A stretch of 64,000 nucleotides of DNA from contig CM075991.1 in the NCBI GenBank assembly GCA_038087875.1, forward strand, positions 6,448,001 to 6,512,000, given 5' to 3'. The position numbers and the translations under genes were made by a program. This document shows positions 63,988 to 64,000 of the stretch, in pieces. Under the pieces are notes generated by a model. The model was given only the letters and a program-made list of their open reading frames with translations. It did not search any database and was not told the origin of the DNA. This stretch comes from Malacoraja senta. Lineage: Eukaryota. Each line of letters begins with the position of its first letter. Within the stretch, counting starts at the first letter, position 1.

Positions 63988-64000
63988 GAAACATAGAAAA

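Overview
Eukaryotic genomic DNA from a cartilaginous fish, probably a skate or ray (inferred from HE1-like SINEs and HER1/CR1-like LINEs). The window lies inside one plus-strand gene, ANTXR1 (TEM8, anthrax toxin receptor 1). Nine coding exons (2-10; 72/72/82/34/80/69/81/61/99 nt) have AG/GT boundaries and join into one open frame encoding the vWA/MIDAS domain and the start of the Ig-like stalk. Exon 1 and exons 11 onward were not found in the window. The introns are full of transposons: more than 20 HE1-like tRNA SINEs, CR1 and Rex1 LINE fragments, many Penelope-like 3' ends, seven Harbinger-type MITEs and a decayed DIRS1-like tyrosine-recombinase retrotransposon. The most interesting signal is catalytic RNA. 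A ~140-nt retroposon (two copies with target-site duplications) begins at the predicted cleavage site of a minimal, P4-less HDV/CPEB3-like ribozyme and ends in a stem-loop plus (GAA)n tail. A truncated second family carries the 3' half of a CPEB3-like ribozyme. The Penelope termini carry minimal hammerhead cores. All structures were read by eye, family names come from recalled consensus features rather than database searches, and repeat boundaries are approximate.
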